From the NCBI GenBank assembly GCA_963821905.1, contig CAWGFP010000009.1:454868-518867 (forward strand): a stretch of 64,000 bases of DNA. Direction: 5' to 3'. Shown here piece after piece: positions 56,804-64,000 of this stretch; within the stretch, counting starts at the first letter, position 1; each line of letters starts with the position of its first letter. The translations under genes and the position numbers were made by a program. Source of the DNA: Thermoanaerobaculia bacterium (lineage in GTDB: Bacteria; Acidobacteriota; Thermoanaerobaculia; Multivoradales; JAGPDF01). The notes beneath the pieces were generated by a model, which worked only from the letters and a program-made list of their open reading frames with translations, was not told the origin of the DNA and searched no databases.

Positions 56804-58441
56804 ATGACTGGCGTTCTCGTTTCGCTCGCCCTGCTCACCCTGCTGTCCGAAGATCTGGCGTGCGCCACCGCCGGGCTCCTGGTGGCGCGCGGCGAATTGC
56901 CTTTCGGGTGGGCGGCGCTCGCCTGTTTCCTCGGCATCTTCATCGGCGATCTCGGTCTCTACGCGCTCGGCCGGGGAATCGGCTGGGTGGCGCTCGAGCG
57001 GGCGCCGTTGCGTTGGTTCGTTTCGCCCACCGCCGCTCGTGCCGCCGCCGATTGGTTTCGACGCCGAGGCTACCGGGTCCTCTTCCTCACGCGTTTTCTC
57101 CCCGGCAGCCGTCTGCCGACCTATCTCGTCGCAGGATTGGTCGGGTGTCCGCTGAGCATCTTCGCCGGCTCTCTCGCGTTGGCGGGCGCGCTCTGGACGC
57201 CGGCGGTGGTGGGGCTGGCCGCCTGGGGCGGGAGGATTCTCGGACCAGGCCATGACACCTCGGTGGTGGTAGCGCTGGGAGCTCTTTTCGCGGGACTCTG
57301 GATCCTCACCCACGTCATCGCGTCGCTGGTCACCTGGAAGGGCCGCCGGCTGCTGCTTTCGCGCTGGCGGCGGCTGACGCGCTGGGAGTTCTGGCCGGCC
57401 TGGCTGGTCAACACTCCGGTCGTGCTCCACTGGCTCTGGCTGAGCTCGAGATATCGCAGCCTGACACTCTTCACCGCCGCCAATCCCGGCATTCCCACCG
57501 GCGGGCTGGTGCGCGAATCGAAGAGCGACATCCTCTCTGCGTTCCGCGGCGACCGGCGCATCGCGCGATTCCGGCTGTTGGCCGCCGCAGTGCCGGTGAC
57601 CGAGCGGCTCGCGGCGGCCGAGGCGTTCCTGGCCGCCGAGGGTCTCGCCTATCCGGTGGTAGTGAAGCCCGATGTGGGATTGCGCGGCAAAGACGTGGCG
57701 GTGTTGCGCGACCGCGAGTCGCTGGCTCGGCATCTCGGGAGCACGACCGAGGACGTGATCGTGCAGGAGCACATTCGCGGCGAGGAGTTCGGCGTGTTCT
57801 ACGCGCGCTTCCCGAGCCGAGCCGGGCGCATCCTCTCGGTCAACGGCAAGGTCTTCCCGGTGGTGACCGGCGACGGGCAGCAGACCCTCGAGGATCTCAT
57901 TCTCGCCGACGATCGCGCCGTCTGCCAGGCGCGGCTCCATCTCGAGCGCCATCGGGGCGAGCTGGGTCGCGTGCTCGCGGCTGGAGAGCGCTTCGAGCTG
58001 GTCGAGATCGGCAACCACTGCCGCGGCACGATGTTCACTGACCAGCGGCAGCTCGTGACGCCGGCATTGCTCGCCGAGCTGGACGATCTCTCCGCCCGGA
58101 ATCCGGGCTTCTGCTTCGGCCGCTACGACCTGCGGGCGCCGTCGGCCGAGGCGCTCGAGCGCGGCGAGGGCCTGCGGGTTCTCGAGCTCAACGGCGTCGC
58201 CGCCGAGGTGGCACATATCTACCAGCCGGGCAGCTCGCTCGTGTCGGCCTATCGCGATCTCTTCGCACAGTGGCGGCTGGCGTACGCGATCGGGGCCGCC
58301 GCGGTTCTCGAAGGTGCGAAACCGATGAAGCTAGGCGAGCTGCTCCGTCAGGTGATCCGACACTTCGCCGGCGGGGAGGTCATGCCGGAGCGGCCGCCGG
58401 CGCCGGAGTCTCCGGCGGATCCGCGGCGGTCACGGGCGTGA
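56804..58441 (+). CDS. fusion protein: N-terminal VTT/DedA-like membrane domain plus C-terminal ATP-grasp ligase domain
   Basis: Residues 1-~220 are hydrophobic, with LSEDLACATAGLLVARGELPFGWAALACFLGIFIGDLGLYALGRGIG and RFLPGSRLPTYLVAGL (DedA-like). Residues ~290-540 have an ATP-grasp pattern (AYPVVVKPDVGLRGKDVAVLRDRESL..EDVIVQEHIRGEEFGVFYAR...LELNGV). Intact. Confidence 0.6.
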   Translation: MTGVLVSLALLTLLSEDLACATAGLLVARGELPFGWAALACFLGIFIGDLGLYALGRGIGWVALERAPLRWFVSPTAARAAADWFRRRGYRVLFLTRFLPGSRLPTYLVAGLVGCPLSIFAGSLALAGALWTPAVVGLAAWGGRILGPGHDTSVVVALGALFAGLWILTHVIASLVTWKGRRLLLSRWRRLTRWEFWPAWLVNTPVVLHWLWLSSRYRSLTLFTAANPGIPTGGLVRESKSDILSAFRGDRRIARFRLLAAAVPVTERLAAAEAFLAAEGLAYPVVVKPDVGLRGKDVAVLRDRESLARHLGSTTEDVIVQEHIRGEEFGVFYARFPSRAGRILSVNGKVFPVVTGDGQQTLEDLILADDRAVCQARLHLERHRGELGRVLAAGERFELVEIGNHCRGTMFTDQRQLVTPALLAELDDLSARNPGFCFGRYDLRAPSAEALERGEGLRVLELNGVAAEVAHIYQPGSSLVSAYRDLFAQWRLAYAIGAAAVLEGAKPMKLGELLRQVIRHFAGGEVMPERPPAPESPADPRRSRA

Positions 58442-59189
58442 ACCGGGCGGCGACCGCCTCCTGAAGACGCGCCGCCAGCTCCTTGCGATCCACCGCGCTG
58501 ATCGGCTCCGGCGCCACCCGAACGCTGGCGTAGATGCGCCGCACCTGGACGAGTTTCAACAGGTGCGGGAAGAAGGGCTCGTTGCCCCACCAGCAGACCA
58601 CGTCGTGGGCGGGGCGATCTCCTTCGCCGGTGCGATAGCTGATCGCGGCCGCCCAGACCGGCAAGCCGAGCGATGCGGGCAAGTCGAGGAGCGAGGCCCG
58701 GAAGGGCAAGAGGCGGGCGCCCTTGCTGGTCGTACCCTCGGGAAAGAAGACGATCCCGCGGCCGCGGTCGAGCTCCTCGCGCGCGTGCTCGAGCACCCGC
58801 CGCAGATCCGACTTGCGCGCTCGGTCGACGAAGAGCGTATCGACCACCTTGCACAGGTGACCCACCACCGGCCAGCGCGCAACCTCCGCCTTGGCGATGA
58901 AGGCCGCCGGCAGGCGGCTGCCAAGCAGCATGATGTCGAGGTAGCTCAGGTGATTCGAGACCAGCAGAAAGGGTGTCGCAGGCGTCGGACCCTGCCAGTC
59001 GACGCGCACGCCGAGCAGCGGCATGAGCGCCGCGCCCCAGAGATGAAATGCCCTGCCCTGCCAGCGGCCGCGGGCCCGCGGCGCGAAGGCGCAGACGGCC
59101 AGTCCGACGACGACGGTGAGGTAGGCGGCGAGCGAGAGGACCACGATCCCGGTCAGGCGCCAGAGCGCCCGCAGGAACCTCAAGCCCAC
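58380..59189 (-). CDS. olsA: lysophospholipid/lyso-ornithine-lipid O-acyltransferase (PlsC family), OlsA-like
   Basis: HxxxxD (SNHLSYLD) and FPEGT motifs with an N-terminal TM helix. Located immediately downstream of the OlsB-like gene, with stop/start overlap. Confidence 0.6.
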   Translation of the reverse strand: MGLRFLRALWRLTGIVVLSLAAYLTVVVGLAVCAFAPRARGRWQGRAFHLWGAALMPLLGVRVDWQGPTPATPFLLVSNHLSYLDIMLLGSRLPAAFIAKAEVARWPVVGHLCKVVDTLFVDRARKSDLRRVLEHAREELDRGRGIVFFPEGTTSKGARLLPFRASLLDLPASLGLPVWAAAISYRTGEGDRPAHDVVCWWGNEPFFPHLLKLVQVRRIYASVRVAPEPISAVDRKELAARLQEAVAARFTPVTAADPPETPAPAAAPA

Positions 59190-59190
59190 C

Positions 59191-60042
59191 TCAATCGGTG
59201 CGAGCGCGTTCGAAGAACATGGCGCGCGAGCGGGGATCCATCGCTTCGACGTCGAACATTACCAGGAAGTCGATGGTCTTGAACTCGCGGTCGAGCGCCG
59301 GCGGACCGCACACCTTGCCGCCGTAGCGCAAGTACATGTCGAACAGCGGCGGGATGACCACCTCGCCGGCCGCGGCTTCCCGGGCCCCGGGGGGCGCCGC
59401 GCAGGCGAGGGCCGGGCGAGTCGGCGCCCAGCAGTCGGCCGAGAAGTGACCGGCCTTCATCAAGTGGTCGTAGGCGCGCCAGCCGGTCGCTGGATCTTGC
59501 GAGGTCAGCGAACAGCAGCCGAAGAGGAAGCGCTTGCGGCTGTGCACCATGTAGGTCGCGAGGCCGCGCCAGAGCAGGAAGAGGACCGGCTTCTTGCGGT
59601 GATCGCGCGCCACACAGGCACGGCCGAGCTCGACGCCGTCGGCGAGGAGGCTTGGCGGCAGCGCCGCGAGATCGTATTCGCCGTCGGTGTAGAAGCCGGC
59701 GCCGGCGGCCGCCATCTCGGCCGACTGGATGCGATAGGTGCCGACGATGCCGCTCTCGCGATGCTCGACCATCAAGTGATGGCATCGAGCGTCGAAGACG
59801 TCGATGTCGCGGCCGGTGGCAAACGAAGCCGGCAGGCCCTCGCCGAGCTCGAGGTTGAAGACCTCGAAGCGCAGCTTCTGGATGGCGTCGAGGTCTTCCT
59901 GCGAGCGGGCGAAGCGCAGGCTGTACGACCCCGCCGTGAGCACCTCCGGGGGCACACGCTCGGGGAAGACAGGATAGGCCGCTGGGTCAACGTGCTCTTC
60001 GAAGGGTCGCGAGATCGGCGAAGAAGCTGTAACGAGTCCCAT
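59191..60042 (-). CDS. olsB: GNAT-like N-acyltransferase of the OlsB (lyso-ornithine lipid synthase / 'hemolysin-like') family
   Basis: About 283 aa from ATG 60040-60042. The OlsB-like pattern is LRFEVFNLELGEG...YTDGEYDL...RACVARDHR. Synteny is olsB-olsA. The longer 340-aa track ORF begins inside the upstream gene's 3' end. Confidence 0.6.
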   Translation of the reverse strand: MGLVTASSPISRPFEEHVDPAAYPVFPERVPPEVLTAGSYSLRFARSQEDLDAIQKLRFEVFNLELGEGLPASFATGRDIDVFDARCHHLMVEHRESGIVGTYRIQSAEMAAAGAGFYTDGEYDLAALPPSLLADGVELGRACVARDHRKKPVLFLLWRGLATYMVHSRKRFLFGCCSLTSQDPATGWRAYDHLMKAGHFSADCWAPTRPALACAAPPGAREAAAGEVVIPPLFDMYLRYGGKVCGPPALDREFKTIDFLVMFDVEAMDPRSRAMFFERARTD

Positions 60043-60116
60043 GGCGCGAGCTTGCCCGCGGGGTGTTTCCCCGGCGCGACGAGCGGGTGACCGGCGGGTG
60101 TCGGAGCGGCCTGCTC

Positions 60117-61934
60117 TCATTGGAGATAGCCCAACGCACGCAGTTCCTTTTCTTCTTCCGGAGTCAGGGCGGTGGGGCGGCGGCTGCCGGTGGCGGTGGC
60201 GTCGGCCAGCCATCCAGTCAGCACCCGTCGTAATTCGGCCTCCTGCGGCAGGCCGCGACCGGCGAGATTCTCCAATTCCTGCGGATCCGCCCCGGTGTGG
60301 AAGAGGTAGGCGCCATCGGCGAGGAACGGCATGCCTTCGAGCAGCGTCAGCCGGTAGTCGGCCGTTCGCACCATCACGCCCTGGCGGCCGGAGTGCTCGG
60401 CGAACACCGCGCGGCGGCCGTGCCGGCCGTCGGCAAACAGTTCGTCGAGGTCGCGGCCATCCTGCTCCGGCACCGGCAGCCCCGCGGCTCGTAGCAAGGT
60501 GGGGAAGAGGTCGATCGTCTGCACCAGCCCCGGTATGCGGCGGCCGGTGCGCGACAATCCCGGGCGCCGAATCATCATCGGCACATGGGTCGTGGATTCG
60601 AACAGTCCCGAGTGGCGGTAGGTGATGCCGTGCTGGTTGAGATTCTCGCCGTGGTCGGCGACGACCGCGACCAGTGTGCGCTCCAGCAGCCCACGCGAAC
60701 GAAGGAAATCGAGGAGGCGGCCGATTTCGCGATCGATGTAGGCGACCTCGCCGTCGTAGAGGTCGCGAGCTCCACCGAGGCGGAGATCGTCGAACGCCGC
60801 CGGTCCGAGGGCGCGAAACGGCGACCAGTCAGGGACCGGGCCCATCCCAGGCGGTGCGGAGGGTCGCTCACCGCGCGCATAGGGATCGGGTGGAGTGTGC
60901 GGCGAGTGCGCGTCGAAGAGGTGGAGGAAGAGAAAGAACGGCTCCTCGCGGTCGGTGAGCTGGTTGAGCGCCACGCCGACCGCGTTCTCGGCTGCAAACG
61001 TGCTGTCCTCGGGACGCCGGACGACGTCGAAACCTTGGGCGATCCCGGTCTCCGGCGCGCCGAGAAAGCGCGCCGAGATCACCGCGGCTGTGCGGTAGCC
61101 GGCGGCGCCGAGCAGCTCCGCCAATGTCGTGTGTTCCGCCGCCAGTCCCGGAGGCGTGAGGTCGTACGTGCCGTGGTGCTTGCCGTAGAGCCCGGTGAAA
61201 ATCGATGCGAAGCTCGGGTTCGTCACGTTGAAGGAGCTGTACGCGCCGGTCCACACCTCGCTCTCCGCCGCGAGAGCGTCGAGCGCCGGTGTGAGCGAGG
61301 GTTTGTCGTCCCGCGCTCCGAGCGCATCGGCGCGCACCGTGTCGAGGCCGATGAGCAGGATGTTGGGGCGCGCTGGCGGGGAGGGCGCAGCCTCAGTGGC
61401 CTCTCCGCGCCATACGACCTGCGGGCTGCCCCAGGTGACTCGTGGGCCGCCTTCGCCGGTCGCTTCGAAAGTCAGGTCGATCTCCTCTCCAGCGAACTCG
61501 TCCAGCCCGATCTCGGCGCGCGCCGCGGCCGGCATCGAGGGCGGCGCCGTGGCAGCTTCGAACAGAATGCGCTCGGACCCGCCGCTCGAGCGGCGCGCTG
61601 TCACCCGGCGCTGCCCGCCGGGAGGACCGCCGAGCGGCGTGAACGAGAGCGAGGGCTGGGTCCCGAGGCGCATGCGCCAGGTAATACGCACGCCGGGGCT
61701 CTGAGCGATTCCTCGCACCACCGAGCCGCGGCCTTCCCAGCGCGCAGCCTCCGGCGGCGGGGGGTCGAGCAGTCCGAGTGGAAACGAGCGCGTCTGGAGA
61801 GACTCTGCTCCGGAGACCGGCCTGGCCTGCGTCAGATCGAGGCGCTGCCAAGGTCCGCCGGCCGGTGGCTCGCGCTTCCCGGCGCAGGCCGCCGCCGCGA
61901 AGAGGAGGAAGGCGAGACGGAGGGCGGAGCGCAC
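60117..61934 (-). CDS. sulfatase-like hydrolase/transferase lipoprotein (alkaline-phosphatase superfamily; Thr in place of the Cys/Ser FGly position)
   Basis: Intact 605 aa. Lipoprotein signal LLFAAAACAG. The motifs are ILLIGLDTVRADALG and VVADHGENL. The N-terminal ~180 aa form an extra domain. Confidence 0.65.
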   Translation of the reverse strand: MRSALRLAFLLFAAAACAGKREPPAGGPWQRLDLTQARPVSGAESLQTRSFPLGLLDPPPPEAARWEGRGSVVRGIAQSPGVRITWRMRLGTQPSLSFTPLGGPPGGQRRVTARRSSGGSERILFEAATAPPSMPAAARAEIGLDEFAGEEIDLTFEATGEGGPRVTWGSPQVVWRGEATEAAPSPPARPNILLIGLDTVRADALGARDDKPSLTPALDALAAESEVWTGAYSSFNVTNPSFASIFTGLYGKHHGTYDLTPPGLAAEHTTLAELLGAAGYRTAAVISARFLGAPETGIAQGFDVVRRPEDSTFAAENAVGVALNQLTDREEPFFLFLHLFDAHSPHTPPDPYARGERPSAPPGMGPVPDWSPFRALGPAAFDDLRLGGARDLYDGEVAYIDREIGRLLDFLRSRGLLERTLVAVVADHGENLNQHGITYRHSGLFESTTHVPMMIRRPGLSRTGRRIPGLVQTIDLFPTLLRAAGLPVPEQDGRDLDELFADGRHGRRAVFAEHSGRQGVMVRTADYRLTLLEGMPFLADGAYLFHTGADPQELENLAGRGLPQEAELRRVLTGWLADATATGSRRPTALTPEEEKELRALGYLQ

Positions 61935-61967
61935 CGCCGCGAGCTTATAACCGGGGGGGCTACGGCG

Positions 61968-62810
61968 TTACGAAGGCGGGCGAATCAACACCGCGCGACT
62001 GTAGAGGAGATGGAAACCCTCGCGCTGCACGTTCTGCTGGGACTTCGAGCCCGGCTGAGTGGTGACGACGGCGATGTCGCATCCGGCGTCGCGGGCGAGC
62101 TCCAGGCGCTTCCGTAAGAGCGCTGTCTGCACACCTCGGCGGCGATGCGCGGGCAGGGTCGCCGCACCGCACAGTTGCGCGACGCCGTCGCCCATCCGCA
62201 AGCTCGCGCCGCCAGCGATCTCGCCGTCGCGGCGCGCCACGTAGCGCGAGAAGCCCTCGCCGTTCGCCAGGTCGCCGATCACCTGCTCGAGCACGGCGCG
62301 GGGAAACTCCTCGTCGGTGGACACACCCTGGTTGTCGGGTTGCGAGAAACCCGTCACCACGGCATCGAGCCAGGCCTGAAACTCCGGCTCGCCGCTCGGA
62401 CGGACGTCGATCGCAGGCGCCGCCGCGCCCGGCTCGTACCCGTCGAGCGGCAGCCCGAGGACGTTCTCGAAGCCGACGAAGCGGTAACCGCGCGCGGCCA
62501 GGAAACCGCAGACCGCCGGATCGGCGAGGCTGGCGAGCTCGACCCGAACTGGGGTGGCGCGCTGCGCGAAGGCGAACTCCAGCGCCGCCATCTCCTCGGC
62601 GCGCGGCGCGCCGCCGAAGCCCAGACCGGCGACCTTGTTGAGCGGGGAGTTGCCGCCACCCCAGGTCGCGAAGCCGCCGGCCAGCGGCACGGTAAGTACC
62701 CCGGCCGCTGGGTCGCGGCGCCGCGCCGCCTCGGCGCCAGCGCGCAGGAGCTCGCACTCGGCGCGCTCGAGACGGGCGACCAGCTCGGCAGGGGCGAAAT
62801 GGGGCTTCAT
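61968..62810 (-). CDS. GNAT-family N-acetyltransferase (tandem GNAT-like halves)
   Basis: Intact 280 aa. The C-terminal half has an acetyl-CoA-binding pattern (LRMGDGVAQLCGAATLPAHRRRGVQTALLRKRLELARDAGCDIAVV). Confidence 0.55.
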   Translation of the reverse strand: MKPHFAPAELVARLERAECELLRAGAEAARRRDPAAGVLTVPLAGGFATWGGGNSPLNKVAGLGFGGAPRAEEMAALEFAFAQRATPVRVELASLADPAVCGFLAARGYRFVGFENVLGLPLDGYEPGAAAPAIDVRPSGEPEFQAWLDAVVTGFSQPDNQGVSTDEEFPRAVLEQVIGDLANGEGFSRYVARRDGEIAGGASLRMGDGVAQLCGAATLPAHRRRGVQTALLRKRLELARDAGCDIAVVTTQPGSKSQQNVQREGFHLLYSRAVLIRPPS

Positions 62811-62935
62811 GATCGCGCGGATGCTATCGGAAGGCGGTGCTACGCTGCTGGCGGCGATCCGTCTCAGCAGCGGCTCACGTACATTGGCTCGAGGCCAGCG
62901 CTGACCGCGCTCACAGCCGGTTTCGGAGGATCTTC

Positions 62936-63343
62936 ATGACCGCCGTGACACTCACACCCTGGGCCACCAGGATCTCCTGGATCCTGCAACTCCTGGTCGC
63001 CGGGATCCTGCTGCAGACGCTCTACTTCAAGTTCACCGCCGCGCCGGAGTCGGTGTACATCTTTTCGACTCTCGGCATAGAACCATGGGGTCGCCTCGGT
63101 TCCGGAGTGGCGGAGATGGTGGCCGCGGTACTGTTGCTCATTCCAGCCACCGCCGCGATCGGCGCGCTGGTCGCGGTCGGAGTGATCAGCGGCGCGATCT
63201 TCTTCCACCTCACCAAGCTGGGCCTGGTGGTGCAGAACGACGGCGGGCTCCTGTTCGGCCTCGCGCTCGCGGTCTTCGCCGGCGGCCTGGCGATCCTCGT
63301 GTTGCGACGCCATCAACTGCCCTGGATCGGCGGAGGGTTCTAG
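62936..63343 (+). CDS. DoxX-family membrane protein
   Basis: About 135 aa with 4 TM helices (ISWILQLLVAGILLQTLYFKF...GSGVAEMVAAVLLLIPATAAIGALVAVGVISGAIFFHL). Start taken at the internal ATG 62936 rather than the track's 62837. Confidence 0.55.
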   Translation: MTAVTLTPWATRISWILQLLVAGILLQTLYFKFTAAPESVYIFSTLGIEPWGRLGSGVAEMVAAVLLLIPATAAIGALVAVGVISGAIFFHLTKLGLVVQNDGGLLFGLALAVFAGGLAILVLRRHQLPWIGGGF

Positions 63344-63345
63344 GT

Positions 63346-64000
63346 GGGCCGCTTCGAGGGGACCACCGCACTGGTCACCGGCGCCTCCGGCAACCTCGGC
63401 CAGGTGGTGGCCCGGCGCTTGGCGGACGAGGGAGCCTTCCTGGCCCTCCCGGATCGCCGGCCCGAGCGCCTGGCAGCCGAGTTTCCGGAGATCGGTTCTG
63501 GCGCCGTGCTGGCCGCGGAGTGTCAGATCACCGATGCCGACTCCGTCGCCGCCTTCGTCAAGAAAGCCGAGGAGCGTTTCGACGGCATCGATTTGCTGGT
63601 CAACGCCGCGGGAGGTTTCCGCTATTCGCCGGTCAGCGGCGAAAACGCGCTTCGCGACTGGGACGAGATGATGGAGCTCAACGCGCGCACCGCGTTCCTG
63701 CTCTGCCGGGCCGTCACACCGGGCATGGTGAGTCGCGGCGGCGGTGCGATCGTCAACGTCGCATCGCGCGCCTCTCTCGCCGGCGCTCGCGGGACGGCCG
63801 CCTACGCCGCTTCCAAGGCGGCGGTGATGAGATTGACCGAGGCGCTCTCGGAGGAGGTCAAGGCGTCGGGCGTGCGCGTGAACTGCGTGCTGCCGAGCAT
63901 CCTCGACACGCCCGAGAACCGGCGGGACATGCCCGATGCCGACCCGACGACGTGGGTGGACATCGACGCCCTCGCCGACGTCATCCTCTTTCTGCTTTCG
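63346..64000 (+). CDS. SDR-family oxidoreductase (3' end outside window)
   Basis: Cofactor-binding TGASGNLG, then NAAG and the catalytic YxxxK (YAASKAA). GTG start at 63346. Confidence 0.8.

Overview
This 64 kb window is about 70% GC and reads as ordinary bacterial chromosomal DNA, probably from a Gram-negative high-GC lineage (guess only; the PEGA-domain Ser/Thr kinase, ornithine-lipid genes and several Ton systems are the cues). I found no rRNA, tRNA, CRISPR array, transposase, integrase or phage genes. About 57 protein-coding genes are supported. Many of the long antisense ORFs in the six-frame track are GC-driven shadow ORFs.

Gene content, in window order:
- A phospholipid operon (cdsA, plsC and a CDP-alcohol phosphatidyltransferase), preceded by a beta-ketoacyl-synthase-like gene without the catalytic cysteine.
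- A GGDEF diguanylate cyclase fused to a TonB C-terminal domain.
- Divergent proline-specific peptidases: an M24 Xaa-Pro aminopeptidase-like protein and an S9A prolyl oligopeptidase.
- An arylsulfatase, an HTTM-domain protein, and a four-gene amidoligase cassette (RimK-like ATP-grasp, YbdK/GCS2 ligase, M29-like peptidase, GspS-like ligase).
- A same-strand block encoding a PEGA Ser/Thr kinase, a membrane-anchored cell-wall amidase, a MamK-like actin, a TPR lipoprotein and TonB-ExbB-ExbD-ExbD, followed by an H+-pyrophosphatase and a LolA-like/FtsX/ABC-ATPase set.
- An intact block with a two-domain glycosyltransferase, a sulfotransferase and two unknown proteins.
- NSS and APC transporters, DedA and a CPBP protease.
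- An NAD-dependent formate dehydrogenase locus: fdhD, a selenocysteine catalytic subunit with an in-frame TGA and a downstream SECIS-like hairpin, a NuoE/F-fusion beta subunit, and a separate gene for the Fe-S N-terminal domain of the alpha subunit.
- A membrane GGDEF protein, a CadC-like TPR regulator, GT2, a third APC permease, CstA, a DAACS symporter, a VTT(DedA)-ATP-grasp fusion, olsA/olsB-like ornithine-lipid genes, a sulfatase-like lipoprotein, GNAT, DoxX and SDR genes.

The most conspicuous global feature is a mosaic of fully intact gene blocks alternating with blocks where every gene carries many single-base frameshifts, about one per 100-300 bp. I mark those genes as pseudogenes as written, but an assembly artefact is at least as likely as real decay. 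Coordinates of frameshifted genes are approximate.
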